This document shows positions 13,631-26,873 of a DNA stretch of 64,000 bases, piece after piece. A program made the position numbers and the translations under genes. Origin of the DNA: Felis catus (Eukaryota); NCBI RefSeq assembly GCF_018350175.1, contig NC_058368.1, forward strand, positions 232,130,001 to 232,194,000. Direction: 5' to 3'. The notes below the pieces were generated by a model. The model ran no database searches. It worked only from the letters and a program-made list of their open reading frames with translations, and had not been told where the DNA came from. Position 1 is the stretch's first letter. Each line of letters starts with the position of its first letter.

Positions 13631-15326
13631 ATGTCGCCTCCTAACGCACGCAAATGTGTGTTTCTGGATGCTCCTGGAGCCATAAAGCCCAATTCCTTCA
13701 CAGGAAGTTGGGTAAAGTTACAACATGTGTCAATTAATTACCTGCTCTGCCTAGTAGGATAGCAAAAACCCTACTGAGAAGGGACCAAATGGAGGGGGGG
13801 GGGAATAAGTGATGCTCACCGCAATCTGTTGTAAAGTTGTACCCCCAAATTTTCATTCTTAAATAAAATATCAGAGACATTACATATATCAAAAAAAAAA
13901 CAAAACAAAAAACAAAAAAAACCCAAAAAAACCCCCAAACCACATGCTCTTATTCTCATACTTGAAACATTTCGGGACTCGTTTACTGGATGGAGCTCCT
14001 TCTCATCTAAGATTTTAGTAATAGTTATGATAACATTTTAGGACTTTCCACTGGTAAGTAAACTGATGATACTAGAGAAGAGAGACAAATGTTTGAGGAA
14101 GCAAATGGCAAACTCACAAAGCACAGTTTAACTCTAAATTGTTCGATTTCATACACTCCTGCAGATATTCATAAAATTAGGAGAATGTTAAATAGGAACT
14201 AGGAAATGAATATATCAATAATACTCATCAAAGTATCCTTTAACATTGCGGTCACATTATAAATAATGTTTCTTGAACAGAAGTATGTCGTCCTGTATCA
14301 CGTTTTATTTAAAATAAGAAAGAAGTAACTGCCCAAATGCACACCGGAAAACAAATTTTAATGTTCATTTTTTTCAGCTGCAAACAAAAATTTATGGAAA
14401 TGCTGAGTAAGGCTCATAAAAAGGGTTCTCAATATACCCTGAGATTTGGTGAATAGATCGATATGTCGTGAACCTGGAAATAACGTCAATCTTGGTAGTG
14501 GTAGGCTGCATCTCAGGGAACGAGCATTTACGATGTGAATAATAAATAAATTCTGAGTGGTTTATATCAGTGGCTCTGAAGTAATTCCCCGGGAAGCATG
14601 TATAACCTGGGCCTCCTGTGTACTCCAGTGAATCTCGTGCACACAATCTAACTCAGAACTGCAGAGGACAGTAATCAGGTATGAAGTGTTGTTTGTTTTC
14701 ATGAAGCCAGTTTCAGAAGAAAAAGACAAAAAATTGATAGGGAACTAAAAACAAACACTCATCTATTTAAATCTATATTGGCTGTTAAGCTGATAGTTTA
14801 TGTAGAATGTCTTCATTAGGTTTCAGCCAGAATATACAATAATGGGACCAAAGCTGCTGACCCAGATGTTGGTGACCTTACAGTTCTAGCAAGAGAAATC
14901 TAATACGCAAAAGTCACAAATGGTATTTAAGGTGTATAAGAATTATCGTGTCGCTGCATCTTCATTTGTGTTCATGCTGTGATTGCTGGAGTCTTTTTCT
15001 ACATCTATTTCACATTGCTTGTGAGATTCATTCCCTTTGAACCCTTTGAACCCTTTGACTATATTTCCAAACGAAATCTCATTACGTGGCCGGGGCACTC
15101 ATTCCTGTATCTGGGCTAGAATTGTCTCTCTTCACTTTTCCCAATGGCTCTAGAATATGATTGCCAATCGTCAAGTACCCTGTGTAAGCATGCTTTGGTC
15201 AAAGCCATGCTACAAAGTTAGCCTTGCAAAGACATTTCCAGGACAACCTTCGTTATAGCAAGTAGTTTGTCCCTAAAGTTGGTCCTTACCTTACAAAGGA
15301 CCCATGCCAATATACTGCTCATTCTC

Positions 15327-15385
15327 TATTTTTATTTTATTTTATTTTATTTTATTTTATTTTATTTTATTTTATTTTATTTTTA
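15327..15385 (+). repeat. (TTTTA)n pentanucleotide microsatellite
   Basis: About 11 perfect units seen directly. Confidence 0.95.
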
Positions 15386-17074
15386 ATTTGTATTTTGCAA
15401 CACCTCATGTCATTGTCATAGAAGTTTTCAACTAGTCTGAACAAACTTAGCTTGGTCTGATGGTTTTCATGACTTTCTATAATCAACTCATTCCGTTCGG
15501 GGCACCTCTCTGCAGGCACGGAATAAATGTTACTTCAGATATAACATCTAATTTTAATTTGAGTGTGATGTATCTAATTTCTAGTGAACATTAGGATTTC
15601 TGTTGAACATTACAGATACCGTGATGCTTGAATGGCATCATCTACATCATGTATGTTTAAAAAAAATACAGAGAGAAAATACAGCATTAGAAGCAACAGT
15701 TTTTTTCCCAACAAACATTGGGAGCTGTTGAATTAGGCAAGTCCTTGGGAAGTCGGCCTACTCTAATGGCAATTCTTATCCCATGCTTGATTGACTTTGA
15801 ATTGAGTTTCTTATATACTAATACTTTAGGAAATTTGTATATAAAAATAGTCCTTCCTCTGGTAATTGGATTTTTTCCCCACTATGGTTAGGCTAACAAA
15901 CTGCACAATATGCCATTTCTCAAACCAGTCCCACTTGGATCCGTGAAAATAATTTTCTCGAAACCCACAGCAACTTCTTGTGCCAGGCTTACCTCCCGGT
16001 ACTACTTTAATAGGACCATTTTTGAAGTATAATAATTGTTTGATGCTTCAGTGTCTGACTATCGTAATTTAAAATATTATGCCACGTATTATAATGTCCT
16101 TTGATATTGGACTCATTCCTAATCACTTTTTTTCACAAAATCATCTCAGTGGGGTTCATCCAAGTTCAGGGGTAGGATTCGTAGAGCTTGTCCTCTATTA
16201 CTTTGTTTTTCTCCCTCCTTGGGCCATTCCCAGCATTTAAATTGGGTATCAGAGGCACCTGGTACCTTAAAACCAAATATGTCAGATATGCTTCCTGGAA
16301 CCCCAGGATTCTAGAGGTGCTCAGGGATTTTGTACATTACTTATGCTTTAAATCTATTGTTTAAAAATCATTTACACCAGTGTCCATAATATACAAAATG
16401 TTAAAGTTTTGGAAACCCTCCATGAATTAACTTTTATTATAATGTTACCTGGATTGCCTGGTTTATTGGGGAACATAGAATAAAGTGACAGTTGTTATTT
16501 TTGTTATACTCCACGTTAACTGGCATTGAAAGGTGGCCCTGTTTATCACTATTTAATGTGTCTAAATCAGTATTATTTCAAAAGAGAAAACCAAAACAAA
16601 ATACGGACATAATTGGATATCGAGTGCTGTGACTCTCAGTGGTCATTTGTTCTTACATTTTACTAATGATTTAATGCTGTAATCCTGGCATTTATAACAT
16701 GAATTTGGTAAAGGCCACTTTTACTGTCTTTTATATGAGATCATGCATAAGAATTTACTTAAAGTGAGATTATCGTTAAGGATTTACTTAAAGAAATGAG
16801 TCTCCTGCTGAAGAAGTGTAGAAATCCTGCTCTGGTCCTTCCTGCTTTTCATTACAGAGTAGCCTCCTTCATAGCCCTCTTCCTGCTGTCAGGGCAAAGT
16901 GAAGTGCTTAGGCGGGGAATCCTTGAGAGGCTTTAGCGGCAGAAGTGCAGTGCATTGTGGGCTCGCCCAACCAACTCAAGGACTCCAAAGCCTCATGTGC
17001 CCATTCCACATGGGGGGCCCTATGAAGGTTCCCTAGAGCCACTTCCAAGGCTGTGGGCACAGAGAATTCTATAT

Positions 17075-17540
17075 GCATTGATTTATTCAGCAAGTGTCTA
17101 TTGAGTTCTTGTCGTATGTGAGGCATTGTTGTAGGTGCTAGGGTCACAAAACCAAGAGGGCAAGATGTTTGCCCAAATGTGGCTTGCCTTCTAGTGGGGA
17201 TTCATGAGGCAGATTGCAGTTTTACTAAATACATTGTTAGAAAGGCCCCAGTAGGATGATAGTACTTGAACAAATATATGCAGGAGTCACAGGCATTAGC
17301 TAGGTAGGTATCTAAAAGAAGAGTGTTCCAGAAAGTGGAACATGTGTGCATTGTCTGAGGACCACACCAAGGAACCCATGTCTCCCATAGCAGAGTGTGG
17401 GGTAGAGGGCACTAGGAAATGAGATAGAAAATAAGTGACTGGATATGGCAGAACGTTCCAGATGGCTTTGACTTTTACTCTAGGTGAATGAAGGACCCTT
17501 GCAGGGCTATCGCAGAGGAAGGATAGTATTTCAATATTTG
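17075..17540 (-). mobile_element. L2 LINE 3' fragment
   Basis: atttattcagcaagtgtctattgag...aggcattgttgtaggtgctaggg is the reversed L2 tail. Also gactttactctaggtgaatg-like sequence. Confidence 0.7.
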
Positions 17541-17703
17541 TTTCTAATGTTTTATTTTTATTTTTGAGAGAGCACAAGTACGGGAGGGGCATAGAGAGAG
17601 GGAGACAGAGGAGAGCCCAAGGTGGGGCTTGAACTCAGGAACTGTGAGATCATGACCTGAGCCAAAGTCAGATGCTCAACTGACTGAGCCATCCATGCTC
17701 TCC
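17541..17703 (-). mobile_element. CAN-SINE (internally deleted) inserted in L2
   Basis: tttatttttgagagag...gagatcatgacctgagccaaagtcagatgctcaactgactgagcca. Confidence 0.88.
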
Positions 17704-18089
17704 TCAGTATTCATTTTCAAAAGTACAACATTGCTGTTGTCGTCAAGAATAGACTGTGTTCTCATATTCAAGATGTTTAATTTTACAAAACCAACCTAAG
17801 ATTTTTATGTCTTATTTTGGCCATGCAGTTGTTGACCTTAGAGTTTCATTAGTGAATCATGGCCCACTTAAGATCAATACTAGGACCATCAATAGGTCCA
17901 GAAGCTTTAAAAATCCATAGCCTCCTGACAAAGGAATCAATATCTTTTATGATTAGTTAATATTTACTGAATGCCAACAGCTCTGAACTTAGATGTGTGC
18001 AAATTTCTGTGATTGAGACGTGCATTTCTCTACATTGTGGGGCAAAGGAACCATGACAATCAGTAATGAGGGTCACTTACTCTAACAAC

Positions 18090-18310
18090 TTCGATGATGG
18101 GAGAGCACAGACTTCAATCCAAGTTACCAAGTTCAAATCTTGATGTCCCACTCACCATTTTTGTGGCCTTGGAAATTTATATAGCTGACGTCCTCATCCA
18201 GAATGTTTAGTAATGTTATCTCTCACATAAAATTGTAGAGACTTAGAAAATGTATAAAAACACCCAGATCTATAGTTAGCGCAATGCAAGAGTTTTGTAA
18301 ATTATTATCA
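18090..18310 (+). mobile_element. MIR
   Basis: agagcacagact...agttcaaatc...tgtggccttgga...ending in aaatattattat. Confidence 0.55.
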
Positions 18311-18412
18311 ATATTTTGCCTAAGATTTGGCAGCTAATTTCCAGAAAATCAATGACCCTTATCTGTGTTCTATTAATTGTCAATCTCAGACTCTTACTTT
18401 CATGTCACACTC

Positions 18413-18831
18413 TGTGTGCCAGGTTGAATAGTATCCTTCCAGAATTCATGTCCACCCAGATTCTCAGAAGGTGACCTTATTTGGAGGTAGAGTCTTTGCA
18501 AGATGTAATTAGCTAAAATGAGGTTTTCTTAGAGTGGGGTGGGCCTTAATCAAAGAACAGTCACCTTAGAGGAAGAGGGCATTTGGACAACCAGAGGCAG
18601 AGGCTGGCGTGATGGTTCCACGAGGCCTGGAACACCAGGGCTACCAGGCACCGACAGAGACTATGAGAGGGGCAGGGAGCCGACTGGCCCCTGGGGACTC
18701 CAGAAGGAGGACCCTTCCTGTCACTTTGATTTTAGACTTCTAGCCTCGGGGACTGTGAGGGAGTGAGTTTCTGTTGCTAAGCCACCCAGGCCACGGTGCT
18801 TTGTTATAAAAGCCCTAGGAATCTAATATAC
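18413..18831 (+). mobile_element. MaLR solo LTR (MLT1B/C-like)
   Basis: ttgaatagtatcc..ccagaattcatgtccaccc...gtgaccttatttgga...gatgtaattagctaaaatgagg...ttgttataaaagccctaggaatctaata. Confidence 0.85.
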
Positions 18832-19597
18832 TGTCTCCTCAATTACAAAACAGCCCTCAGTTTAGAAAGATCCAGCGAAAATCAGAAGGCCCAGCGAGCA
18901 TTTAACAAGTTGGGAACTCCGCTGTGCAATTACCACAGTAAGTTTGATTTGGTATTCTTATGTGGAAGAAAGTCTTGGGCTTCGATATAAGGTTTTTAAA
19001 AATAGTACTAACACGTTTTTATGGGATTTCTAAAGTAACGTGTTTCTCTAATTTTGGATGATGTCAGTGTCACGAGGATGGAAACCCAGCAGTTGGATAA
19101 TAGGACTGATGTCCCCTTAGAGTTCTCTGATGTGGAGGTCAGCAGGAAGAATGAAATAGACTCGCTTATACTTGCTGTGGACGTAAATGCAAGTGCACCC
19201 CAAATTAGCATTAAAAGCAAACGTACGTACAATAGACACTAAGAAGTAAAGACAGAGGGATGTTGAGCAGATCCTTCCAGAGCGACTAAACTATTTACCC
19301 CTCGTGTCTTTCGAGGCACACCATTCGATCTCTAGTGCTACTTGTAAACCTGTCATGTGTGGCCACTAAAGGTAATTAGTGAGCATGTCTGCGCTTAAGG
19401 ATAACTGGATTATAACACTTTATTCGAGTTACGTAAAAGTCACAGTTATTTCAAGTTCCAACTCATTTGTGTTTCGCTTCTGTTTTGAACAAGGATGTGG
19501 TCTCACATTCCCTGGCAATGTGTTTATAGCTGCCACCACGATTTAACATTCTCCAGCATTTCACAGAAATCCATGACATAAGAATATGAATGCAATT

Positions 19598-19650
19598 GTG
19601 TATATGTACATATATATATATATATGTATGTATATACATATATATATATG
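19598..19650 (+). repeat. (TA)n/(TG) compound microsatellite
   Basis: Seen directly in the sequence. Confidence 0.85.
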
Positions 19651-22600
19651 TAAAGCCCTCAGGTGGTTGTTAATTTTTGGCACTGTGTAATTAAATTAGT
19701 TTTTTTAAATGTTATCTTTTGCCAGTATCTAATTAGCAAAGCCATCTGCTGAAAGAGTAGTGGCCCATCTGCCTAGAATGTTGTTCTCTTCATTTTTATG
19801 AAAAGTATCTGCCTTTGCTGGTCCCTGTCTAATTAACTTCTCTCGCTGCGGAATGTGATAATACACAGCTTTGTTTATATACTTCTGAGAACTGTGGACT
19901 TATATGTATGTAACACGTACACAGAGCCAATCTTTTCTCTTTCCCACATCGGATCTACTCCTGAGATCCTAGCTCCGTTTATCATAGCTTGAGCGTGTGT
20001 GTGTGCATCATGGTGAGGTATGTGCCGTGTCGCGTTTCCTTACATCCCCAGGATTTCTGCAGATATTAAATGATTTTCTGTAAACCTATTTCCTTTTCCA
20101 TCTGCCTGTAGCACTGTGGCTTTTCCTGAAAGTTGATGATATTGTGAGCTCCAGGGTATCCCTGGGCCTGAGATTAACATGGCTGTTGTTACAATGGAAA
20201 TGACCACTGTGGAGTTCTCACATTTGGCAAGTGCCGTCCAGATGATGGAAGACACTTATATTTTATCATAAACTAATACCTGGTGTGTGCAAATATCCTG
20301 CATATGTCTGTTTCTCTTCCATCGGAGCTCACTAACCACGTATCACATGAGAGAGACATTGAACGTGTGCCCATAAAGCAAATCTGTAAGTGGCTGAATG
20401 GCACAGATGTTACCGGTGTGTATTTACAGACAAAACAACACAAAACAAAAAAACATTCCACAAACAGGAATCTTCGTGTCTTTTAAGATGTAGATGTCTC
20501 ACACTCTTTGCCTAGTCTCTATAGCCTGTGGATGTCCATGTAACCACAATATTACTGCTACTTGTCTGCTGCCAGAAAATATAATGAAGATTAAATGCAG
20601 AACAGAAAAGAGAATTAACGTTTTTTTCTCTATGAGGCTATTGTGCAATAGAAAAAGACAAGAGATGATAGAAATTAGATTTAAGAAGACAAAAAAAAAA
20701 AAAAAAAAAAAACCAGACTCAAGAAAGAAGATCATGAATGTTGTACGGAGATCTGAAACATAGGATGTTAAATGCCTTCACAGTTGTTTTGACTGCCATA
20801 AAGATAGGTTCGTGTGGATGGCGAAAGTGTCTTAAAAGGAAGTCAGCTGGAAAGATGGCTTCGCAAATCAGCAGTGGGGTTTGTTCCAAAATGATGATGC
20901 GTGAAAGAATAACAAAGAATCTTCTTTGAGGATAGAGTGAGAAGGCTTGATTAAAAGGAATTTAATTGATTAGAACAAGTCTTGTGGACGAAAGAAAGTT
21001 ATGACTTGGTTCAAACATGATTTAATTTCAAACAGAATGAGTAACGCCGAGAAGTACACTCTGGTCCAGGAGGATTCTACTGATACTTGTATTTCTTTCT
21101 AATTAAAGTGGTGGGTTTTTTTTGGTTGTTTGTTTTTGTTGCCTGCCCCCCCCCCCCACTCCCCAGCTGTGAAGTGGTCAAGTGGGTAATCTCTAGTTCA
21201 CTGAGGGGATAGAAAGACACTTGGGATTAATCGGGAACACTCGATTTTAGACCAATCCGGAAAAGACATGTTTTCCCACTGTATTCTTTGATAAGTCCTG
21301 TGACATCCGGTAATACTTATCCAGCTTCACAAGAGGTAGCTCAGTCCATTCCTAACATAAATCCTGTCTCTCTCTCGTGTCCTCTGTTCAGGTAGGAAGC
21401 GAATCAACAGAAAAGCTATACAGTCATGGTCTTCAATTAATTCTGGATTTGAATATTATTGGAAAACTGGTTATACTGTAATGAAAATGCCTTGGAAGTA
21501 ACTTTGCTACTTTTAATAACTGTCTTCAGAAAAATCTGTAAGACTCATCCTATTTTCTAGTGGTCTAATCAGCTTGTGGGTGCAGGTACGCTTTCTTGCT
21601 AAACTGGATAAAGTCATGACATATTTTTGAAAACTCTCATTCTTTTTTCTATTACTTTCCCCTTCCAGTCCTTGGCCAGTATTTATCTTGAAAACGCAAA
21701 GGCTACTTGGGCACTAGGCAGACTGGGGAAACTATTTGTTTGCCATTTCGGCAGAAGGATTGGAACAATTTTGATGGCATTTGATAAATATCCTTGCAAC
21801 CCTCGGACTAACCATGCTCCTCATAGGTCTTAGGTTTACTGAAAAGGAAATTACTATTTAACTTTCAACAAAATCACTAGACAACAAGAGCCCCTAGGAG
21901 TGCCTCTTTATCTAAAGCTTTTTATTGTGTGGTTGTCCTGGTAACTGTATAACTGAATCCCCTTGGTGATAAGAAGTCAAAGTTGCAGTAAGGTCAGCTT
22001 TGTTGAAGAGCATGTTGTAGTGTGTTGATTCTGTTTTGAGTTGACCAAAGGGCAGAAATATGGGTATCTTTATTTCAATACAAACAACAAAGTCAGTTTT
22101 GTAAAGAGATCTGAGAAAGGTCCACTCAGAGTAATAGTAATCACTTATTTTAGGTGAGCCTCGTGGGGACACTAGATCTGCACGTGCTCCTGAAACCCTT
22201 ATCTCTTCTCGGGAGGTGTCCTCTCTTTTCAGGGAAGTATTTGTCATCCTAGCAGGGAATTCAAGTCATTTGTTCGCAGCAGATGCTGACTCGCTGTGAC
22301 TTTATTGCTGCCTTTAAACATTATGAACAGGAAGAAATCACGGGAAGAATTAACGAATTCTCTTATCAGATGTTGACACCCACAAAAATCTCTAAGTCCA
22401 CACAAGAGGAAACAGTTATAGTATTGTTTCTGTTTGAAAGACACTGAGGGGGTTCTCTTTAGAATACTTTTCTTATGGACTCATATTTGCCAAGAAAGAT
22501 AAATTATACAAGTTGCAGTGTTTTGTGCTTTAGTCTCTGTTATGTAACATTCTTTGGAGGACAGTCGATACTAGATGATGCTGCTACCATTACTGTGTTA

Positions 22601-23667
22601 TTCTCCTAGGTTTAGGAGAATTGAAAAATGTCTCCTTTCTAGAAGGAAGACTAAAGCCATTATTCTCCTTCCTAATATTGGACAGTAGCTTATTTTTGGC
22701 TTTGTTTACCATATTGTCTCACATTGGTTCAAACTAACAAAAAATTGTCCCTCGCGTAAATTTTTTTCCCTGATAATGATTTAACTGGTTCTTCAGAAAT
22801 CCTAAATTCTCTGGAAATTCCAGCTCTCGTAGTAGGATGAAACACAAACCGACAGGAAGACAAAAGATGAACAACTCGGATGCTTCAGTCTGTTCAAAGA
22901 AATGATTCACAGTCTCAGCATGTAGACGGTTAACGTGTGCAGGCTTCATTTCTTCCAGTGAAATCAACACTGTATACTATCTCAACTAATCACAGGGTTC
23001 CCTTTGTGAGTCGGCAGCCGTGTGAAAGTAGGCGTATCAATTTGATCACTGTGAGTTCGATTTGGAAAGTTTGGGAAAAAATGCCCACGGGCTGCAGCTC
23101 TAAGTGTTTAGTTAGAGCTGATAACAGTATGAAAATTACTGGCATCAGGTGAAGTGGTTCTTTGCCTGAGCTGTTTGTTTTATTGACTATTCATCATTTA
23201 TATATGGATCTTGGGACTAAGGATATGCAAAATCATCCTTGCTCCATTATCTTTGAATATTGATAAATGACATACTATTAAGAGAAAACACAAATGCCCA
23301 AATGAGTATTCGGATCATTTTGTTTCGAGGCTTGGCTTTTCCGCATGCTGCGGATCTGTCCTGTGATTTCACTCAAGTGACAGTTTCACTCAAGTGACAC
23401 CCACTCCTTGCCTGCTTACAGTGATGGGTCTAACTATCACACTGTTACTGCTTACATGCAAATGCTTAGGGGACCAGTCCTTTCAAAGGCTTTGATTTCA
23501 AAGCTAGGTATAAGCCCCTATGCGTGAATTTCGTGGATTTAGTGTAACTTCTTACTGGCTCCACGGTATGCCCACATTTCCTTATCTGAGTACCGGTGGC
23601 TTATTATTTTTTCCCGTTTTTTCGGTCAAAACCATACCAAGTGCTGTCGTTTTGGTGTTTCCTACAG

Positions 23668-23730
23668 GCTGTGGAGTGGGGCTGTGACGAAGTCACCAAG
23701 AAGGCCTGTTACAGTAAGGGCAAATCAAAG
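23668..23730 (+). CDS. SEMA5A: Semaphorin-5A coding exon (sema domain), 63 nt, phase 0/0: AVEWGCDEVTKKACYSKGKSK
   Basis: Acceptor tttcctacag|GCT and donor AAG|gtaagg. The peptide matches recalled SEMA5A AVEWECDEATKKACYSKGKSK and joins in frame to the next exon. Confidence 0.95.
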
Positions 23731-24251
23731 GTAAGGAGCGTGTGCCTAAGGAAGGGTGTGGCCACCTGTTGGAAGGAATATATGTGGGGCATTTTAATAT
23801 GAGGGCCATTCCTGATGATAGTGCCATGGAAATTGGAAACAAGCAAGTGGATTCTCAAAGCTTTAATATTTAAATCAGGATTAACCACGGTTTCCAAAAA
23901 GGATTGGGACTATAAGATCCGATCTGATTTGCACAATTAATCATTAGGCTGTGACATGAAATCAATTGGCCGTAATATCGTTCAGAAAAATATGGGCCTG
24001 AATGTTTGAAGTAACATTTTGATTCCCCCCCATCATATCTTAGAGCTAATCCCATAAAGTGGCCATTTGATAAATAAAATTATTACATCAGAAGTTATGA
24101 GGTTTCTTTATAAATTCATCTTAACCTATGTATAAAATAAACTCCTTCTCGCTCTCTGTCTGCTACCCACCCCTTCTCTTTCCATATGAAAATTTGCATC
24201 CCCAAGTTTCTAAGGAAAGAGCAGTTGAATATCACACACGCACACAATGCT

Positions 24252-24470
24252 TGTTTGTTTGTTTGTTTGTTTATTTATTTATTTATTTATTCATTTATTT
24301 ATTTTGAGAGAGAACACAAGCAGGGGAGGGGCAGAGAGAGAATCCCAAGCAGGCTCCCCACTGTTAGTGCGGAGCCCCAGTGCAGGGCTCAAACCCATGA
24401 ACCGGGAGATCATGACCTGAGCCAAAATCAGGAGTCCGATGCTTACTTGACTAAGCCATCCAGGTGCTCC
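24252..24470 (-). mobile_element. CAN-SINE
   Basis: (TTTG)/(TTTA) tail, gagagagaatcccaagcaggctcc, gagatcatgacctgagcc. Confidence 0.92.
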
Positions 24471-25096
24471 TGGAAAGAGCAGTTTATAGCCAAGGTTGGA
24501 AATGCGTTTCTTGCGCAACTGTGCACGGGGTAGACCTGCTTCCACACAGTTGGCGGGCTCAATAAAAGCAGAGTTCCTTCATCCAAGGAAATCTGTTTCT
24601 GAGAAAGTTACACCGCATCATCTCGAGGAAATTCTCTTGCAGCTGGTACATGGGCTCATTATGTCTCGTTCTGACAGTGATGGTCTTACTTTATGGGAGT
24701 ACGGTCCTTTCCAATGTGAATCACACTCTGTGTTAGAGAGAAGAACAGATACACAAAGAACAGCAAGAAAGGTTCCCTGTGCCAATGTGATCCCAGAGCC
24801 AAGAGCTTGGGGAAAATGTGGCAAATGGAGTGAGCACTGGTAAAAGATCGTCACACTGTCTGTACTTGGATAAGACTGTTATGCACTTTATTTTACCCAT
24901 TTGCATTGCCCATTTCTCTGTCTTTCAAGTTAACGGTTTTGAGAGTCAGACATGGAGGGCAGTCTTAAGGAACTTAATCATTGGGTTTTCCAAAACTTGA
25001 ATAACCAGGAAGAAGGAAGAGGGGAAGGAAGACAATGCAGTCTTAGCCAGGGAAATGCTAGGAGACGAAGAAAGAGAAAGAAGGCAGAAATTTCCA

Positions 25097-25329
25097 GGGG
25101 CACCTGGGTGGCTCACTAAGTTATGCATCCGACTTCCACTCAGGTCATGATCGCACGGTCCATGGATTCAAGCCCTACATCAGGCTCTGTGCTGACAGCT
25201 CAGAGCCTGGAGCCTGCTTTGGATTCTGTCTGTCTGTCTGTTTGTCTGTCTCTTTCTGCTCCTCCCCTGCTCATGCTCTGTCTTTTTCTGTCTGAAAAAT
25301 GAATAAACATTAAAAAATTAAAAAAAAAT
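25097..25329 (+). mobile_element. CAN-SINE
   Basis: ggggcacctgggtggctca head, ctcaggtcatgatc, (CT)-rich tract, aataaacattaaaaaa tail. Confidence 0.92.
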
Positions 25330-26167
25330 AAGTGTCCTTCCCTTCTTTGGCCATAAGTCTCCTTGTGTTCCTTATGTGTTTAAGGATTATTAATGTAGCC
25401 AGCGTTTCTTTCTGCTTATAGTCTATGTGTCAATAATTTTATAAGAATCAATGTGGTAGCCTTTTCCTAGCAGGTCATTACTACTCAGAGTGAAAAACTG
25501 CTTCTGCTGAGTCAAAACTGACCCATGTTTTGCCTTAAGCTATGACCACTTGGTTGTTTGGTCATGAGGTTGGAAATGAGGCAAGTGACAATCAGGAACA
25601 GAGGGGAAAGGCCATCTTTCCTTCCATTAGGTGATGGGCACTTGATTGACATGAGGGATCAATCATTCCTACCCTCAGCTGAGTTTTCTGAAACACAGAA
25701 GACAAGTGAGTGAAGGGAACATTGTCAAATAAAACCAGACCTTCAAGCTCCATATGTTTCTGGTTTTAATAGGTTAAAAACAATGGCACCTCTCAGTAGT
25801 TGTAAATTGATTGAAACGGCATTTGTGGATGGCATTTTTTAAGACTGTCTTAACACAGATGAAGATGAGTTTCATCTGCCAGGACTCAAGGGGAGATTGC
25901 ACGCTCTCGTGCGTTGTACTAAGTGTATTAATGGGCCCGAACACACTTGTGCACAACCTGTGCTCAGCTGGAATGGAATTCGGTTGTGTAGCCGACCCGT
26001 GTGCAGTAAAAGTTCACGTGCGAAAAATAACATGATGGGCACGTCGAGGCACCAGCCTAATCAGCCCTGGAGGGGGGATCTTTGGATGGGGAGAGCAGAA
26101 GGAGGGACATCCAGCCTTTCCGTCCTCCTTTACTTGCTCATTTTTCTCATTTAGCAGTACTCGTACC

Positions 26168-26372
26168 TTTTTTTTTTTTAATGTTTATTTCTGAGAAAGA
26201 GAGAGAGAGCGGGGGAGGGGCAGAGAGGGAGGGAGACACAGAATCGGAAGCAGGCTCCAGGCTCTGAGCTGTCAACACAGAGCCCGACGCAGGGCTCGAA
26301 CCCACCAACTGTGAGATCCTGAGATTTGAGTCAAAATCAGACACTTAGCTGGCGGAGCCACCCGGGCGCCCC
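26168..26372 (-). mobile_element. CAN-SINE followed by a duplicated head fragment
   Basis: Full SINE ending gagccacccgggcgcccc. A second actgagccacacgggagccc follows at about 26385-26404. Confidence 0.9.
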
Positions 26373-26599
26373 TCTGGTAACCAAACTGAGCCACACGGGA
26401 GCCCTCTGGTACTTTCTTAAAGTGGCACCTGACACAGCAGCCATCGGGTGAGAGCCCGGAGCCCAGCTGCTGGACACAGAAGAGAAGGAAGTAGGACACT
26501 TCCTATGCAAAGGAGCAGCCAGGCTCGTCCCTGAATTCACGACTCAGACAACCCAAATTTCTCTGTTCTATTTTTTTTTTCCAAGAGAGACCGCCTCTT

Positions 26600-26780
26600 T
26601 TTTGAAAACATTTATTTATTTATTTACTTAATTATTTAGAGCATGCACAAGTGGGAGAAGGGCAGAGAGAGGGAGAGAGAGAATCCCAGGCAGGCTCCGA
26701 GCTGTTCCAGCTCCAGGGCTGGAACCCATGAACCGTGAGATCGCAGCCTGAGCTGAAATCGAGAGTCGGCAGCTCAACTA
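26600..26780 (-). mobile_element. CAN-SINE
   Basis: gagagagaatcccaggcaggctcc...gtgagatcgcagcctgagctgaaatcgagagtcgg...gccacccaggc. Confidence 0.88.
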
Positions 26781-26873
26781 ACTGGGCCACCCAGGCATCT
26801 CGAAACTTCTGTTCCTGTTCTGACAGTTCAAGAGGCCAGATTAGAAAACATTTTCACAGAGTCACTTCAGCCA

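Noticed and set aside
1..23667. Upstream SEMA5A exon (expected peptide about NYLFRLQLEDLSLIQ) or a nested gene
   Set aside because: I found no matching exon or credible spliced or long ORF. The region appears to be the 3' part of a long intron.
25097..25180. tRNA-like A/B-box sequences at SINE heads
   Set aside because: These are tRNA-derived SINE 5' regions followed by (CT)n and poly(A), not tRNA genes.
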